Below, one piece after another: positions 48,911-59,846 of a stretch of 64,000 nucleotides of DNA. Location of the stretch: positions 1,358,538 through 1,422,537 of the forward strand of contig OZ007016.1 of NCBI GenBank assembly GCA_963931445.1. The letters run 5' to 3'. The notes under the pieces were generated by a model, which saw only the letters and a program-made list of their open reading frames with translations, was not told where the DNA came from and did no database searches. The translations under genes were made by a program, and so were the position numbers. Origin of the DNA: an uncultured Clostridia bacterium. GTDB taxonomy: Bacteria; Bacillota; Clostridia; TANB77; CAG-508. How positions within the stretch are numbered: position 1 is the stretch's first letter; the number at the start of each line of letters is the position of its first letter.

Positions 48911-50401
48911 TCAATTTGCGTCTAATTCAAAATAAAATTCTACTCCATTTTCTTTATTTATAGCTCCATAACTATTTTTATAATTATTCATTATAGCTTT
49001 TACTAAAGCAAGTCCTATTCCTGTTCCTCCATCTGTTCTGTTTCTTGAAGTATCTTCTTTGTAAAATCTACCCCAAATTTTATTTAAATTTTCTTCTTTT
49101 ATATTATTACCTGTATTAAATACAGAAACTCTTATTTTTCCTTCTTTTTCTTTTTTCTCTATTTTTATTTCTATCTTTTTTTCATTATTTATTTCTATTG
49201 CATGTTTAATTGCATTTGTAAAATAATTGGTTACTACTTGCTCTATATAGAAATCATCTGCATTAACCATTACTTTTTGATTTGCACTAAAGTCTATTTT
49301 TATATTTTTTTCTTCAATCATTACTTTGCATTTTCTTATAACTTCATTTATTAATTCCACAATATCAAATTCTTTATTATTAAACTCTCTTTTTCCATAT
49401 TCTAATTTTATTAGTTCTAGCAATTGTTTTACTAATGTATCCATTTTATTTGATTCATCTAAAATTACTTCAGCATAGAACTTTCTAGATTCATCATCTG
49501 TATTTACATTTTCTATTAGCCCTTCTGCATATCCTTGAATTAGTGCTATTGGTGTTTTTAGTTCATGTGATACATCCGAAATAAATTGTTTTCTCATTTC
49601 GTCAATTTTAGATTTTTCTTCTATGTCTTTTTCTAATTCTACATTATTTTCTCTTAATTGTTTTATTGTGCTTTCTAATTTATCTGACATAGTATTTATA
49701 TTTTTTCCAAGTTCATTAATTTCGTCATCAGTATCTGCAATTCTATATTTTTGACTAAAATCTAATTTTGCCATTTTATTAGTTATATCGTTTAATTCCA
49801 CTATTGGTGATGTAAATTTTTTTGATATATATGAGGCTATAAAAGATGAGATTAATAGTATTATAAAACCTATTATTATTAATGCTTGATTTGAAATTTC
49901 TACACTTTCTTCTATTGGTACAGCTGGCATACTTATATATAAATAATAGCCATTATCTAGTTGTCCAGAAAGTAATATATAACTTATACTATTATATTGG
50001 TCGTTTATTCTTGTTATTTTTATATTGTCTTCTTCATATATAATATTGTTTTGATTTGACTCATTTTTAGCACTTGTTATAACATCTATAGTTGAATATA
50101 TATCTTTATTAGTATTAAATATTATTATATTTTCATCAGTTTCAATGAATATATCAAAATTATTATTAAATGCTATTCTTTTTAGTTCTTCTTCTATATT
50201 TATATTATTTTTATTTGAATTATAATAATTATTTATCTTTTGATAAACAAGTTTTACAGTTCTTGTTTTTGAATATAAATAAAAAGATTCTAATACTATA
50301 CTATTTATAGCAACTAAGCATAATACAATTATTGCTATTACAACGCAAAGTGTTAAAAATAGTTTAAATCTAACAGATTTAAAATTATTTTTTAGTTTCA
50401 T
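48911..50401 (-). CDS. Sensor histidine kinase (two TM, HAMP, HisKA, HATPase)
   Basis: H-box FISDVSHELKTPIALI and G-box DGGTGIGLALVKAI. Confidence 0.85.
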   Translation of the reverse strand: MKLKNNFKSVRFKLFLTLCVVIAIIVLCLVAINSIVLESFYLYSKTRTVKLVYQKINNYYNSNKNNINIEEELKRIAFNNNFDIFIETDENIIIFNTNKDIYSTIDVITSAKNESNQNNIIYEEDNIKITRINDQYNSISYILLSGQLDNGYYLYISMPAVPIEESVEISNQALIIIGFIILLISSFIASYISKKFTSPIVELNDITNKMAKLDFSQKYRIADTDDEINELGKNINTMSDKLESTIKQLRENNVELEKDIEEKSKIDEMRKQFISDVSHELKTPIALIQGYAEGLIENVNTDDESRKFYAEVILDESNKMDTLVKQLLELIKLEYGKREFNNKEFDIVELINEVIRKCKVMIEEKNIKIDFSANQKVMVNADDFYIEQVVTNYFTNAIKHAIEINNEKKIEIKIEKKEKEGKIRVSVFNTGNNIKEENLNKIWGRFYKEDTSRNRTDGGTGIGLALVKAIMNNYKNSYGAINKENGVEFYFELDAN

Positions 50402-50448
50402 TTTTTATCCTCTTCATTACTTTTAAGTTTTAATATTTAAAATATTTC

Positions 50449-51126
50449 TTATTTTATTTCAAACTTATAACCTATACCTCTAATTGTTTGTATGTATTTG
50501 CCTCTTTTTCCTAATTTATGTCTTATTTTTTTTATATGACTATCGATAGTTCTTGAATCTCCATAATAATCATAGTTCCATACATTATTTAATATTTTAT
50601 CTCTTGATAGAGCTATTCCTACATTATCTACTAAATATTTTAAAAGTTCATATTCTCTTAAGCTCATCTCTATTTGTTTATTATCAACAGTTACAGTTCT
50701 TCCTTCTGAATCTATTACTATTCCACCATAATCTTTTAATTTATTTGCTTCTGGATTTGTTCTTTTTAATATTGCATCTACTCTTGCTACTAATATTTTA
50801 GGACTAAATGGTTTAGAAATATATTCATCTACACCTAACTCAAATCCAAATAATTCATCTTGTTCTTCTCCTCTTGCTGTGAGCATTATAATTGGTACTT
50901 TAGAATTTTGGCGAATTTGCCTTAATACAGACCAACCATCAAGTTTTGGCATCATTACATCTAAAAGTATTAATTTTATTTTATTTTCATTTTTTTCAAA
51001 AATTTCTAATGCTTCCTCTCCATCTTGTGCCTCTAATATTTCATAACCTTTTTTCATTAAAAAATCTTTAATAAGTTTTCTCATTCTTACTTCATCATCT
51101 ACTACTAGAATTTTCATATCAATCAT
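50449..51126 (-). CDS. OmpR-family response regulator
   Basis: KILVVDDE...LLDVMMPKLDG receiver and a winged-helix C-terminus IQTIRGIGYKF. Start chosen 9 nt after GAAAGG. Confidence 0.85.
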   Translation of the reverse strand: MIDMKILVVDDEVRMRKLIKDFLMKKGYEILEAQDGEEALEIFEKNENKIKLILLDVMMPKLDGWSVLRQIRQNSKVPIIMLTARGEEQDELFGFELGVDEYISKPFSPKILVARVDAILKRTNPEANKLKDYGGIVIDSEGRTVTVDNKQIEMSLREYELLKYLVDNVGIALSRDKILNNVWNYDYYGDSRTIDSHIKKIRHKLGKRGKYIQTIRGIGYKFEIK

Positions 51127-51263
51127 TTTTTTCATCCTTTCATAAAATTCATTGTACATCTTTTTATACATGCATTAAAGAAACTACTAATATTTTACTA
51201 TTTTATTGTGTCCTTTTTATGAAATTATTAATACTTTTTAAATTTTAATCTTAATATATATTT

Positions 51264-52358
51264 TTAGTGCTGATTAAATTCCTTATTTTTTTCTTGAATT
51301 TGATGTATATAAACATTTTGTCCTGGATATGCCATTTTCACATTTTCTGATTCTAAAACTTTTAATATCTCCTTGTTTACATTTTCTCTAAATATTAGAT
51401 ATTCTGCATAATCTACAATGTCTGTATACATGTATATTAATATGTTTATTGCATCTAAGCCTATTGTATCAAAATTTACTCTTATTGTATCTTTATCTAT
51501 GTTATTATCAGTATTTAAAACAAATTTTATTTTATCTGTAATCTTTTGAATTTTATCTGTATTTGTTTCTAGTGGAAGTTTAATATTTAATAAATACCTT
51601 CTTTGCTTAATTCTTGACCAATTTACAACATTATTTGTAGTAAAAACTGAATTTTGTATAGTTACAATTGTATTATCTGAAGTTTGTATTTTAGTACATC
51701 TAAAGGAAATTTCTACAACAGTTCCTTGATTTTGTCCTACTTCAATCCAATCCCCCACTAGAAATGGTTTATCTGACATTATTGAAAATCCTGAAATTAA
51801 GTTTTTAACAAAGTCTTGTGCTGCTAATGCTACTGCTGCACTTCCTATTCCTAGACCTGCTATTAAACTAGATGGATTAATTCCAAATACAGTTAAAATT
51901 AATAATCCTGCACCTATAATTATAATGTATTTTAATATTTTACTTGTAAAATTAGCTACTGTCTTATTTCCATCAGGCTTTTCAGAATTTCTTAATTTTT
52001 TTACAATTCCTTTTTTAGGATCTACAAATTCAACTAAACCTTTTGCTATTGTACATATTATTATTATTTGAATTCCTTTTTCACATATTGAAAATATATT
52101 TTCTGGAAGATTTATAATCATTAACCCTATATATATTCCACAACATAATAGTAAGGATTTTATTGCAATATATAATGGATTATGCTTTATTTTAGACTTA
52201 TTTTTTTCTTTTAGGTTAAATATTTTTATTATTGCATATGAAATAATTGGACTAAATGCTAAAAATATTAACATTACAATTACTGATATTCCTAAATTCA
52301 TTATTTGTTCTGTATGAATATTTTTAAAAAAGTTTGTTATATTATTAATAATTTCCAT
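51264..52358 (-). CDS. MscS-family mechanosensitive channel
   Basis: PFLVGDWIEVGQNQGTVVEISFRCTKIQTSDNTIVTIQNS. Confidence 0.8.
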   Translation of the reverse strand: MEIINNITNFFKNIHTEQIMNLGISVIVMLIFLAFSPIISYAIIKIFNLKEKNKSKIKHNPLYIAIKSLLLCCGIYIGLMIINLPENIFSICEKGIQIIIICTIAKGLVEFVDPKKGIVKKLRNSEKPDGNKTVANFTSKILKYIIIIGAGLLILTVFGINPSSLIAGLGIGSAAVALAAQDFVKNLISGFSIMSDKPFLVGDWIEVGQNQGTVVEISFRCTKIQTSDNTIVTIQNSVFTTNNVVNWSRIKQRRYLLNIKLPLETNTDKIQKITDKIKFVLNTDNNIDKDTIRVNFDTIGLDAINILIYMYTDIVDYAEYLIFRENVNKEILKVLESENVKMAYPGQNVYIHQIQEKNKEFNQH

Positions 52359-52374
52359 ATATTATCATTCCTTT

Positions 52375-53028
52375 TTATATACTAGCTATTAAGGCTTTTA
52401 TTTTTATTCCTTGTTCTTTAAACATTTTTTCATGTTCTGTTTCAATATTGTCCCAAAATTTGGATTCGTTTTCTAAATCATAAGTAATTTTTTCTATGTA
52501 AAATCCTGAATCCTTTAAATATTTTATACTATCATTAAATAATCCATCATCATCTGTTTTAAAAAATATTTGTGCACCTTTTGTCAAAAATGTTTTATAT
52601 TTTTCTAATTGTCTTGTATGAGTTAATCTTTTTTTTCTATGTTTTCCTCTTGGCCATGGATTGCAGAAATTTATATAAATTCTTTCTATTCTATCTTCTT
52701 TTGATAAAATATTGTCAATTCTTTCTATATCATATCTTGTTATATAAATATTATTTATTGGTTTATTATCTTTTTTGTATTCTTCTTCTATTTTTCTCTT
52801 TGCTAATCCTAACATTGCATCTACTAAATCTATAGCTATATAATTTATATTCGCATTTTTGGAAGAAATTACTGAAATAAATCCACCTTTTCCACACCCT
52901 AATTCTATATGTATCGGATTTTCGTTAAATAACTCTCTCCATTTTCCTTTATATTCTTCTGGATTATCTATATAAAAACTACTTTCTTCTAACTCTTTTC
53001 TAGCCCATGGTTTAAATCTTATTCTCAT
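52375..53028 (-). CDS. trmB: tRNA (guanine-N7)-methyltransferase
   Basis: MRIRFKPWARKEL...HIELGCGKGGFI...INFCNPWP. Confidence 0.85.
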   Translation of the reverse strand: MRIRFKPWARKELEESSFYIDNPEEYKGKWRELFNENPIHIELGCGKGGFISVISSKNANINYIAIDLVDAMLGLAKRKIEEEYKKDNKPINNIYITRYDIERIDNILSKEDRIERIYINFCNPWPRGKHRKKRLTHTRQLEKYKTFLTKGAQIFFKTDDDGLFNDSIKYLKDSGFYIEKITYDLENESKFWDNIETEHEKMFKEQGIKIKALIASI

Positions 53029-53178
53029 TTTTTGCTATTTTCTCCTCCCTATCTTACTTTTAATATTATATCATCAAGATTTTGTATTAACAATAGTTTT
53101 TTTGTTTAATATGTTTTCTTTTGTAGAAATTTGTGATACAATACTTTTAAATTATTAATTTGTATTTAGGAGGTAAAT

Positions 53179-53418
53179 ATGCAATTAAATAAATGTAGTA
53201 GATGTGGATGTTTTTTTACAAATAATGGAGAAGTTTGCCCAAACTGTCAGCCTAAAGATAACCTAGAAATGAATAAATTACAAAATTTTTTAGAAAATTC
53301 AAACATAAATTGTTCTATCGAAAATATATCTTATAATACAGGTATTAGTATAAAAAATTTAAATAGGTATTTTTCTAATGATAATTTCATAAATTTCAGG
53401 CCTGATAATCAATTATAA
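53179..53418 (+). CDS. Small zinc-ribbon protein
   Basis: CSRCGCFF...CPNCQ at the N-terminus. GGAGG RBS. May belong to the YvyF-like family (uncertain). Confidence 0.4.
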   Translation: MQLNKCSRCGCFFTNNGEVCPNCQPKDNLEMNKLQNFLENSNINCSIENISYNTGISIKNLNRYFSNDNFINFRPDNQL

Positions 53419-53445
53419 ATTTCTTATTATATAATACTAAAATTA

Positions 53446-53491
53446 AAGAATATATTAGAATTTTTATTTAATATTCTAATATATTCTTTTT
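53446..53491. terminator. Bidirectional terminator (16-bp perfect stem)
   Basis: AAGAATATATTAGAAT...ATTCTAATATATTCTT-TTT. Confidence 0.6.
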
Positions 53492-53525
53492 TATTATATA
53501 AATGACTGTTTAGGTTTGATTTATT

Positions 53526-54029
53526 TTAATTCTCGTTCTCTAATAATTCTTTTTTTAAATTTTCATCAGCTATATATTCTATAGCCATTTTGTCATTTTC
53601 TACTGCTACCATTACTATATCTTTATTTTGTCTTAGTCTTTTACTTGCATATTTTAATATAAGTCCCTTATTTTTTACTGCTTCATATACTACTTCATAA
53701 TCATCACGCAATCTTTTAGATGCATAATACAACTCTTGTCCATTAATTTTTACTGCATCTAAAATTACTTCTTTATCATCAGCTAATCTTTGGCTTACAT
53801 AACATGCTGTCCATCCAACTTTTTTTATGGATTCCAATACTATTTCTTTATCATCTTTTAAATCTTTTCCTGCAAACTCTAATGCATTTCCATCTTGTTT
53901 AATTGCTGTTAATACTACTTCTCTATCATTTTTTAATTCTTCTGAAGCATAATCCAATAAACTTCCTTGTTTACTTACCATACTTAGCACATATTCTTTA
54001 TCATTACTCTTTTCTTTTTCAAATTCCAT
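53526..54029 (-). CDS. DUF4116 repeat protein
   Basis: Repeated D-[RK]-E-[VI]-[VI]-L-x-A-[VI]-K-x-[DN]-G-x-x-L-x-[FY]-A motif, five times. Confidence 0.6.
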   Translation of the reverse strand: MEFEKEKSNDKEYVLSMVSKQGSLLDYASEELKNDREVVLTAIKQDGNALEFAGKDLKDDKEIVLESIKKVGWTACYVSQRLADDKEVILDAVKINGQELYYASKRLRDDYEVVYEAVKNKGLILKYASKRLRQNKDIVMVAVENDKMAIEYIADENLKKELLENEN

Positions 54030-54057
54030 AATATCATCTTTTCTAGCTATTTATATA

Positions 54058-55137
54058 TTATTCTTTTACATATTCATTCATTGGTTTTACTAAATATTTT
54101 AGCTCATCTAATTTGTCTGTTGAAACATAACCTGGCTTACCATTTATTACATCTGGTATTCTATTTACAATAGTTGCACATGTAAGTTCTACTGTTGCTG
54201 GTCTTGATACAACTATTGTTGTATTTGGTTCTCCTTCTATAGTCCATTCATTTTTATCAAAGTCTTCTTTAGAATAAACTTTTCCTATACATTGAGCCTC
54301 TATAGTTATTCCTTCTTTTGTTTTTGTTGTTACTACTGCACTCATTCCTGTAGCCATACCAGCTTTTACTGTCATTCCTAATGTTGATGAATTTATATCT
54401 TCTTTATATGTTTGAGGTACACATTCTTGTTTTTGACTTATTGGTGTTAATCCTAATTTTGAGCATAACCAACCATTTACATTCCACATATATGATGGTA
54501 AGTATTCACCTGAGTTTATAACTTTTTGTCTTTCTTCATCACTTATTCTATCTGCTGAAGCTATTTTTTTATCAAATTCTTCTAAGCTCAAACCTGCTCC
54601 ATGTGCTTCAGCAAGTGCTATTCCATAATCTTCAACATTATATGATGAGCTTCCTTTAATTTTAGTTATTTTTTGAGTAGAACCTGCTATACTACTAATT
54701 AAATTTCCCCAATAAATATCTTGATATCCGCTTCCTGTAATAGTACATCCATTTTGTTTAGCTAACTTATCTATTTCATCTGTAACTGTTGGATTTGAAT
54801 TAAATGGAAAGAAAGCTTCTTCACAAGTAGATATTGCATTTATTCCTAATTTTGCACAAAGTAAAAATGCATCTTTAATATCATTTAGTAAGCTCATTGT
54901 TGTAACAATAACAATATCTGGTTTTAATTCTTTAAGTAAATTTTCTGCATTTTTTGCATCTGTTACAGTTACTCCTCTTTTTTCTCCTCCTATTATTTCT
55001 CCTATGTCCTTTCCTATAACTGCTGGATTTACATCAAGTGCTCCTACTACTTCTCCACCTTTTTCAAAAACATAACGCATAGTATAAACTGACATTTTTC
55101 CTGTACCATATTGTACAACTCTTACTTTTCTATTCAT
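54058..55137 (-). CDS. DapB-like NAD(P)-binding dehydrogenase (amine dehydrogenase / 2,4-diaminopentanoate dehydrogenase-like)
   Basis: N-terminal Rossmann VRVVQYGTGKMS. Size and layout fit this family. The substrate cannot be inferred. Confidence 0.4.
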   Translation of the reverse strand: MNRKVRVVQYGTGKMSVYTMRYVFEKGGEVVGALDVNPAVIGKDIGEIIGGEKRGVTVTDAKNAENLLKELKPDIVIVTTMSLLNDIKDAFLLCAKLGINAISTCEEAFFPFNSNPTVTDEIDKLAKQNGCTITGSGYQDIYWGNLISSIAGSTQKITKIKGSSSYNVEDYGIALAEAHGAGLSLEEFDKKIASADRISDEERQKVINSGEYLPSYMWNVNGWLCSKLGLTPISQKQECVPQTYKEDINSSTLGMTVKAGMATGMSAVVTTKTKEGITIEAQCIGKVYSKEDFDKNEWTIEGEPNTTIVVSRPATVELTCATIVNRIPDVINGKPGYVSTDKLDELKYLVKPMNEYVKE

Positions 55138-55205
55138 ATAACCACCCTTTCAATAATATATTTTTTCACATAGATTATATCATTAATTATAAAAAATATA
55201 CAAAT

Positions 55206-55868
55206 TTATTTAAATAAATTTGAAATAAATTCCCATATTCCTTTAAAAATACCAGTAACTATAGCAATAATTATATCTATAATTGCTTTTAATATTGGAT
55301 TACTTTCATAGAAATTTCTAATTATTTTATTTGTTGGTGGAATAATCCATAATATTGCAAAAATAACTACAATAATTAATATTGTTATAAACAAATCTCT
55401 AATCTTTTCTTTTGTCCATCTTTTTTTAATTCTATAACCTAAACTTCTTAAATAATTTTCATAAGCATTTTGATATTCCATATTTAAATTTTCTTGCATT
55501 TGCATTCTTCTTTTTATTTCTTCTTCTCTTAATTGTTTTTCTAATTCTACTTTTTGCTGTTCATGATAATTTATATCTAAATTATTATAATTATTATTTT
55601 CTAAATTATAATTTCCAGAGTTTTTTTCAATTTCTTCTTTTCTTATTTCTTCTAAATTATTATCATATTCCATTCTTTTTTGTGCATCTTGTAATACCTC
55701 ATAAGCTTCGTTTATTTTTTTCATCATTACTTCTGCATTTTTTTTATCTGATTCTTTTTGTAAATCTGGATGATATTTTTTTACTAATACCTTATATGCT
55801 TTTTCTATTACTTCTGGTGAGGCTTTCTCGCTTACTTCTAATATTTCATATAATGTTTTTTCTTTCAT
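55206..55868 (-). CDS. J-domain (DnaJ-like) protein with C-terminal membrane anchor
   Basis: LYEILEVSEKASPEVIEKAYKVLVKKYHPDL, and TM segments at the C-terminus. Start after AGGGGA. Confidence 0.7.
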   Translation of the reverse strand: MKEKTLYEILEVSEKASPEVIEKAYKVLVKKYHPDLQKESDKKNAEVMMKKINEAYEVLQDAQKRMEYDNNLEEIRKEEIEKNSGNYNLENNNYNNLDINYHEQQKVELEKQLREEEIKRRMQMQENLNMEYQNAYENYLRSLGYRIKKRWTKEKIRDLFITILIIVVIFAILWIIPPTNKIIRNFYESNPILKAIIDIIIAIVTGIFKGIWEFISNLFK

Positions 55869-56004
55869 TATTTTTCCCCTCATATACATTCTTAAACAAA
55901 ATTATATCATTAATACTTATAAAAAGATAGTATTTTTTATACTTTTATGATATAATGAATTGCGAATAACAATTATTATTTATTCTACAAAGAGGTGATA
56001 TTTT

Positions 56005-56778
56005 TTGAAATTAACTTCTAATGGTGAAACATTAGCTGAAAGTAAAGTTTTAATTATGTATATTCTAAATTGTATAAAAAAACCAATATCTAATAATAAT
56101 TTATACAAAATTGTATTATCCGTTTTAGACATGAATTATTTTTATTTTCAACAATTTCTACTTGATTTAGTAAAAAGTGAATTTGTTCTTTCTTATTCAC
56201 AAGATGAACAACAATTATATTTAATAACTGATAAAGGTATTAAAACCTTAGAATTAACAGAAGATATTATTCCTGGAATACTAAAACTTCAAGTTGATAC
56301 TAATTTAAAATATACTCTAGATGATGTTAATGAGGAAAATTCAATAGTTGCTGAATATACTCCAATTAATGAAAATTATTATAATGTAACTTGCAAAATT
56401 ATGGAAAATAATGAATGTCTTTTTGAAGTAAAAACATTTGCAGGCTCTCGTGAACAAGCAAAACATATTGTAGATAATTGGAAAAATCATGCTAATACCA
56501 TGTATCCAGAACTTTTAGGAATATTAACTAAAACTTTTAAAGATGAACCTTTAGATAATACTAATAAAAAGCATAATTCTAAAGTGCCAGATTCTCCAAG
56601 AAATGTTTATAATTATGATATAATCAATAGAAGTATTGATGAAGCTTCTAACTCTCAAAATTATGATGAAAAAAATATAACCCCTAAATTATCTACTGAT
56701 TCTTCTAATGATCGTAATAATTCTTACATTATTGAAGGAAATTTAAATTTATTTGATATGATAAAACCAGAAAAATAA
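56005..56778 (+). CDS. DUF4364-family (PadR-like) putative regulator with low-complexity tail
   Basis: LAESKVLIMYILNCIKKPISNNNLYKIV...FYFQQFLLDLVKSEFV pattern. Confidence 0.45.
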   Translation: MKLTSNGETLAESKVLIMYILNCIKKPISNNNLYKIVLSVLDMNYFYFQQFLLDLVKSEFVLSYSQDEQQLYLITDKGIKTLELTEDIIPGILKLQVDTNLKYTLDDVNEENSIVAEYTPINENYYNVTCKIMENNECLFEVKTFAGSREQAKHIVDNWKNHANTMYPELLGILTKTFKDEPLDNTNKKHNSKVPDSPRNVYNYDIINRSIDEASNSQNYDEKNITPKLSTDSSNDRNNSYIIEGNLNLFDMIKPEK

Positions 56779-56820
56779 TTTCATTTTCTGGTTTTATCAT
56801 AATTAAAATAATATTAGTTT

Positions 56821-58518
56821 TTATATACTTACATTAATTTCTATATTTTTTGTTAAAATTGTATAAGTTCCATAATTTATGTTTTTATAATTATTATTTT
56901 TTAAATATTCTATTGTATCCTTATAACTATTACTTATAATAAATATATATTCTTGTTTTTCTAAATCTATTTGTTTTATTTCTGATTCTAAATATACATA
57001 ATTATATGTTTCTCCAACTTTAATTATTCTTTGGGTTCCTCCTGTATATTTTTTAATTTCTACAGTATTTACATATTCATATGGAGACAATTTTAGTTCA
57101 ATTAAATTATATATTTGTGGTTGACATCTATATGCAAATATATATTTTTGTGTATTCCTAGTTTGTTCATTTTCTTCTAATAACTTTGTTATTTCAGTTA
57201 AATGTAAATCTTCATACCAATTAATTTTATTCACACCATCTATGGTATAATAAAAAACTTCATAATTTACACATAGCATTAATATCATTGTAATAAAAAC
57301 TATTAGCAACATTCTAAAATTATTACATATATTCAATATTGCTATAGTAACAAAATATAATATAGGTATATATAATACATTTGCCTTATTAGGTGTAGGT
57401 ATTCTAGTAGTTAATAATCCTATTAAAACAGTTGTAAATGCAATAATCATAATTATACTTATATTGTATTGCTTTTCTTTTAATTTTTGTATTGCATTCT
57501 TGAATTCTAATACATATCCAATTACAAATAGTGGTACATAGATTAAATATATTGTTCCTTCTGCAAAAAAAATTGTGTTTAAGCTTTCTAAACCAGTTCT
57601 ATATATATTTAAAATATTTATTTCATTTTGTCTAAATTCAGTTAGTACAGGTAATGTAAATATTCCCAATTTTGTATTATTTACAATTCCATAATTTACT
57701 AATAAAAAATAAATTAATGGCATTGCAAAAATTGCAATAGGAATTCCCATAATAATTATTTGCTTTATTTTTATCTTCTTTATATATAGCATATATATAC
57801 ACCATACTAATAAAAATATAGGCATTGTAATCCAAGATAAAGAATATGTATATAATGTTAATCCAATAAAAATACCAGCTATAACATATTGATAATTTTT
57901 TTCTGCCTTATTTAAAAAATATAAATCAAGCATAAATAATCCTGCATATAAATTACAATCTAAAGCCATTCTTGCATTAAAAATATTCCAAGGGCATGTT
58001 ATTATTAAAAAAGTAAAAAGTAATGCTGTTTTCTTGTCTTTAGATTTTGAAATTAATAAATATGAAACTATGACAGATATTAAATATACTAATAACACTG
58101 GTAATCTATAAGCTATCATATTTGTTCCAAATATTTTTATAGATAATGAAACTAAATATGCACAGAGTGAACTCTGTCCTCCTCCAAAGTTTACTAGATA
58201 TAATGGATATGAATTCAAATATCTATCTGTACCATATTCTGATAAGCAGTATGCATCATAAATCATTCCTGCTTCATCAACCCCAATATATTTTGGAATT
58301 TCTCCAAATTTATATATAACTGTTATAAATATAATTATTGAAAATATTATCCATATTTTTTTATAATTTTTATTACAAAAAATATCAATCTTTGATTTTT
58401 CATTAGTATTTTTAATTTGGTTTTTTTCTTTAATATATTTTAATATTAAAGAAATTATTACAATAAAAATCAAAATAATTAGAGAAAAAAAATTTGCCTT
58501 TTCCACAATACTCACCAT
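56821..58518 (-). CDS. GT39/ArnT-like glycosyltransferase (polytopic membrane protein)
   Basis: GVDEAGMIYDAYCLSEYGTDRY loop motif after TM1, and more than 10 TM segments. The start is uncertain (track ORF extends to 58590 from a TTG). Confidence 0.5.
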   Translation of the reverse strand: MVSIVEKANFFSLIILIFIVIISLILKYIKEKNQIKNTNEKSKIDIFCNKNYKKIWIIFSIIIFITVIYKFGEIPKYIGVDEAGMIYDAYCLSEYGTDRYLNSYPLYLVNFGGGQSSLCAYLVSLSIKIFGTNMIAYRLPVLLVYLISVIVSYLLISKSKDKKTALLFTFLIITCPWNIFNARMALDCNLYAGLFMLDLYFLNKAEKNYQYVIAGIFIGLTLYTYSLSWITMPIFLLVWCIYMLYIKKIKIKQIIIMGIPIAIFAMPLIYFLLVNYGIVNNTKLGIFTLPVLTEFRQNEINILNIYRTGLESLNTIFFAEGTIYLIYVPLFVIGYVLEFKNAIQKLKEKQYNISIIMIIAFTTVLIGLLTTRIPTPNKANVLYIPILYFVTIAILNICNNFRMLLIVFITMILMLCVNYEVFYYTIDGVNKINWYEDLHLTEITKLLEENEQTRNTQKYIFAYRCQPQIYNLIELKLSPYEYVNTVEIKKYTGGTQRIIKVGETYNYVYLESEIKQIDLEKQEYIFIISNSYKDTIEYLKNNNYKNINYGTYTILTKNIEINVSI

Positions 58519-58792
58519 AAAAATAATATTATTTTTTTTTATTAAAGTCAAGCATTTATTTCTTAATATAATCACTTTTTGTTCACACAATGTTCAAAAT
58601 TAATTTGTATAATATGCTCATAGTTGATAAACATATTTTATCAATTATATATAAGTAAAACATCCCCTTTTATTTTCAAAAAAGCAACTATTTTATTAGT
58701 TGCTTTTAATTGTATAAAAAATATTTGACTTAATTGAATTTAATACTGTTTCAGAAACTTTTCTCATAAATATATTCATTTTTTCTTATACC

Positions 58793-58834
58793 AAAAAAGA
58801 CAGGTACATTATTTTTAATATTCCTGTCTTTTTA
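58793..58834 (-). terminator. Terminator after rplL
   Basis: Minus strand: AAGACAGG-loop-CCTGTCTT followed by TTTTT. Confidence 0.6.
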
Positions 58835-58847
58835 GTATTATTTATTC

Positions 58848-59213
58848 TTAAGCAAGTTCAACAACTGCTCCTACTTCTGTAAATTTAGCTTTTAATTCTT
58901 CAGCTTCTTCTTTCTTTACATTTTCTTTAACTGTTTTTGGAGCTCCATCAACTAAATCTTTAGCTTCTTTTAATCCTAATCCTGTAGCATCTCTAACTAC
59001 TTTTATAACTTGAATTTTGTTTGCTCCAGCTTCTTTTAATACAACATTAAATTCTGTTTTTTCTTCAGCTGCTCCTGCTGCTCCACCAGCTACTGGTGCT
59101 GCAACAGCTGCTGCAGATACTCCATATTTTTCTTCTATTCCTTTTACTAATTCTGATAATTCAACAACTGTTAAGCTATCAATTGTTTCTAATAATTCAT
59201 CTATTTTTGCCAT
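58848..59213 (-). CDS. rplL: 50S ribosomal protein L7/L12
   Basis: [32 protein letters not shown]... Start after AAGGAGG. The track ORF start was rejected. Confidence 0.95.
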   Translation of the reverse strand: MAKIDELLETIDSLTVVELSELVKGIEEKYGVSAAAVAAPVAGGAAGAAEEKTEFNVVLKEAGANKIQVIKVVRDATGLGLKEAKDLVDGAPKTVKENVKKEEAEELKAKFTEVGAVVELA

Positions 59214-59345
59214 TTTAAAATCCTCCTTAAAATATTTATTTTTTTTATAATAATTTACATTATTATTTTGCAAACTTGGCTGTTTGCGATTTTTAATTCT
59301 TGTAATTACTTAATTTGTAATTCATTATATTCTTATATCATATTT

Positions 59346-59846
59346 TTAAGCATTTTCTTTTTGAGCTTTAACTTGATCAAGTGCAATAGCAAGTTTTGTA
59401 ATATTTCCAAGTAAAGCACCAGCAAGTTTTGCAAGAAGTTCTTGTCTTGATGGTAATTTTGCTAAAGTAATTATTTCTTCTGCTGTCATAACTTTACCTT
59501 CTATAATTCCACCTTTAATTTTGTAGAATTCGTTATTTTTTGCAAAATTATATACAGCTTTAGCAGGTGCTAAATAATCTTCTTTACTTGTAATTAATGC
59601 TGTTGGACCTTCTAATAAGTTATCTAATCCTGATTCACCATTTGCATTTAAAGCTCTTTTTATTATATTGTTTTTTATAACTCTATAATCTGCATTTGCT
59701 TGTCTTACATCGTTTCTTAATTTAGTAACATCTTCAACTGTTATACCTCTATAATCAACTAAAAGGATTAAAGATGCATCTTTTAAATCTTCAGCTAAAT
59801 TATTTACTAATTCTTCTTTTTGTTTTAATATTTTTTCACTAGCCAA
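59346..59846 (-). CDS. rplJ: 50S ribosomal protein L10
   Basis: ...LILLVDYRGITVEDVTKLRNDVRQANADYRVIKNN... Confidence 0.95.
   Translation of the reverse strand: MASEKILKQKEELVNNLAEDLKDASLILLVDYRGITVEDVTKLRNDVRQANADYRVIKNNIIKRALNANGESGLDNLLEGPTALITSKEDYLAPAKAVYNFAKNNEFYKIKGGIIEGKVMTAEEIITLAKLPSRQELLAKLAGALLGNITKLAIALDQVKAQKENA

Noticed and set aside
33782-58590. The two large polytopic membrane proteins (33782-35485 and 56821-58590) as paralogues.
   Set aside because: No convincing colinear similarity is visible by eye beyond general hydrophobicity.
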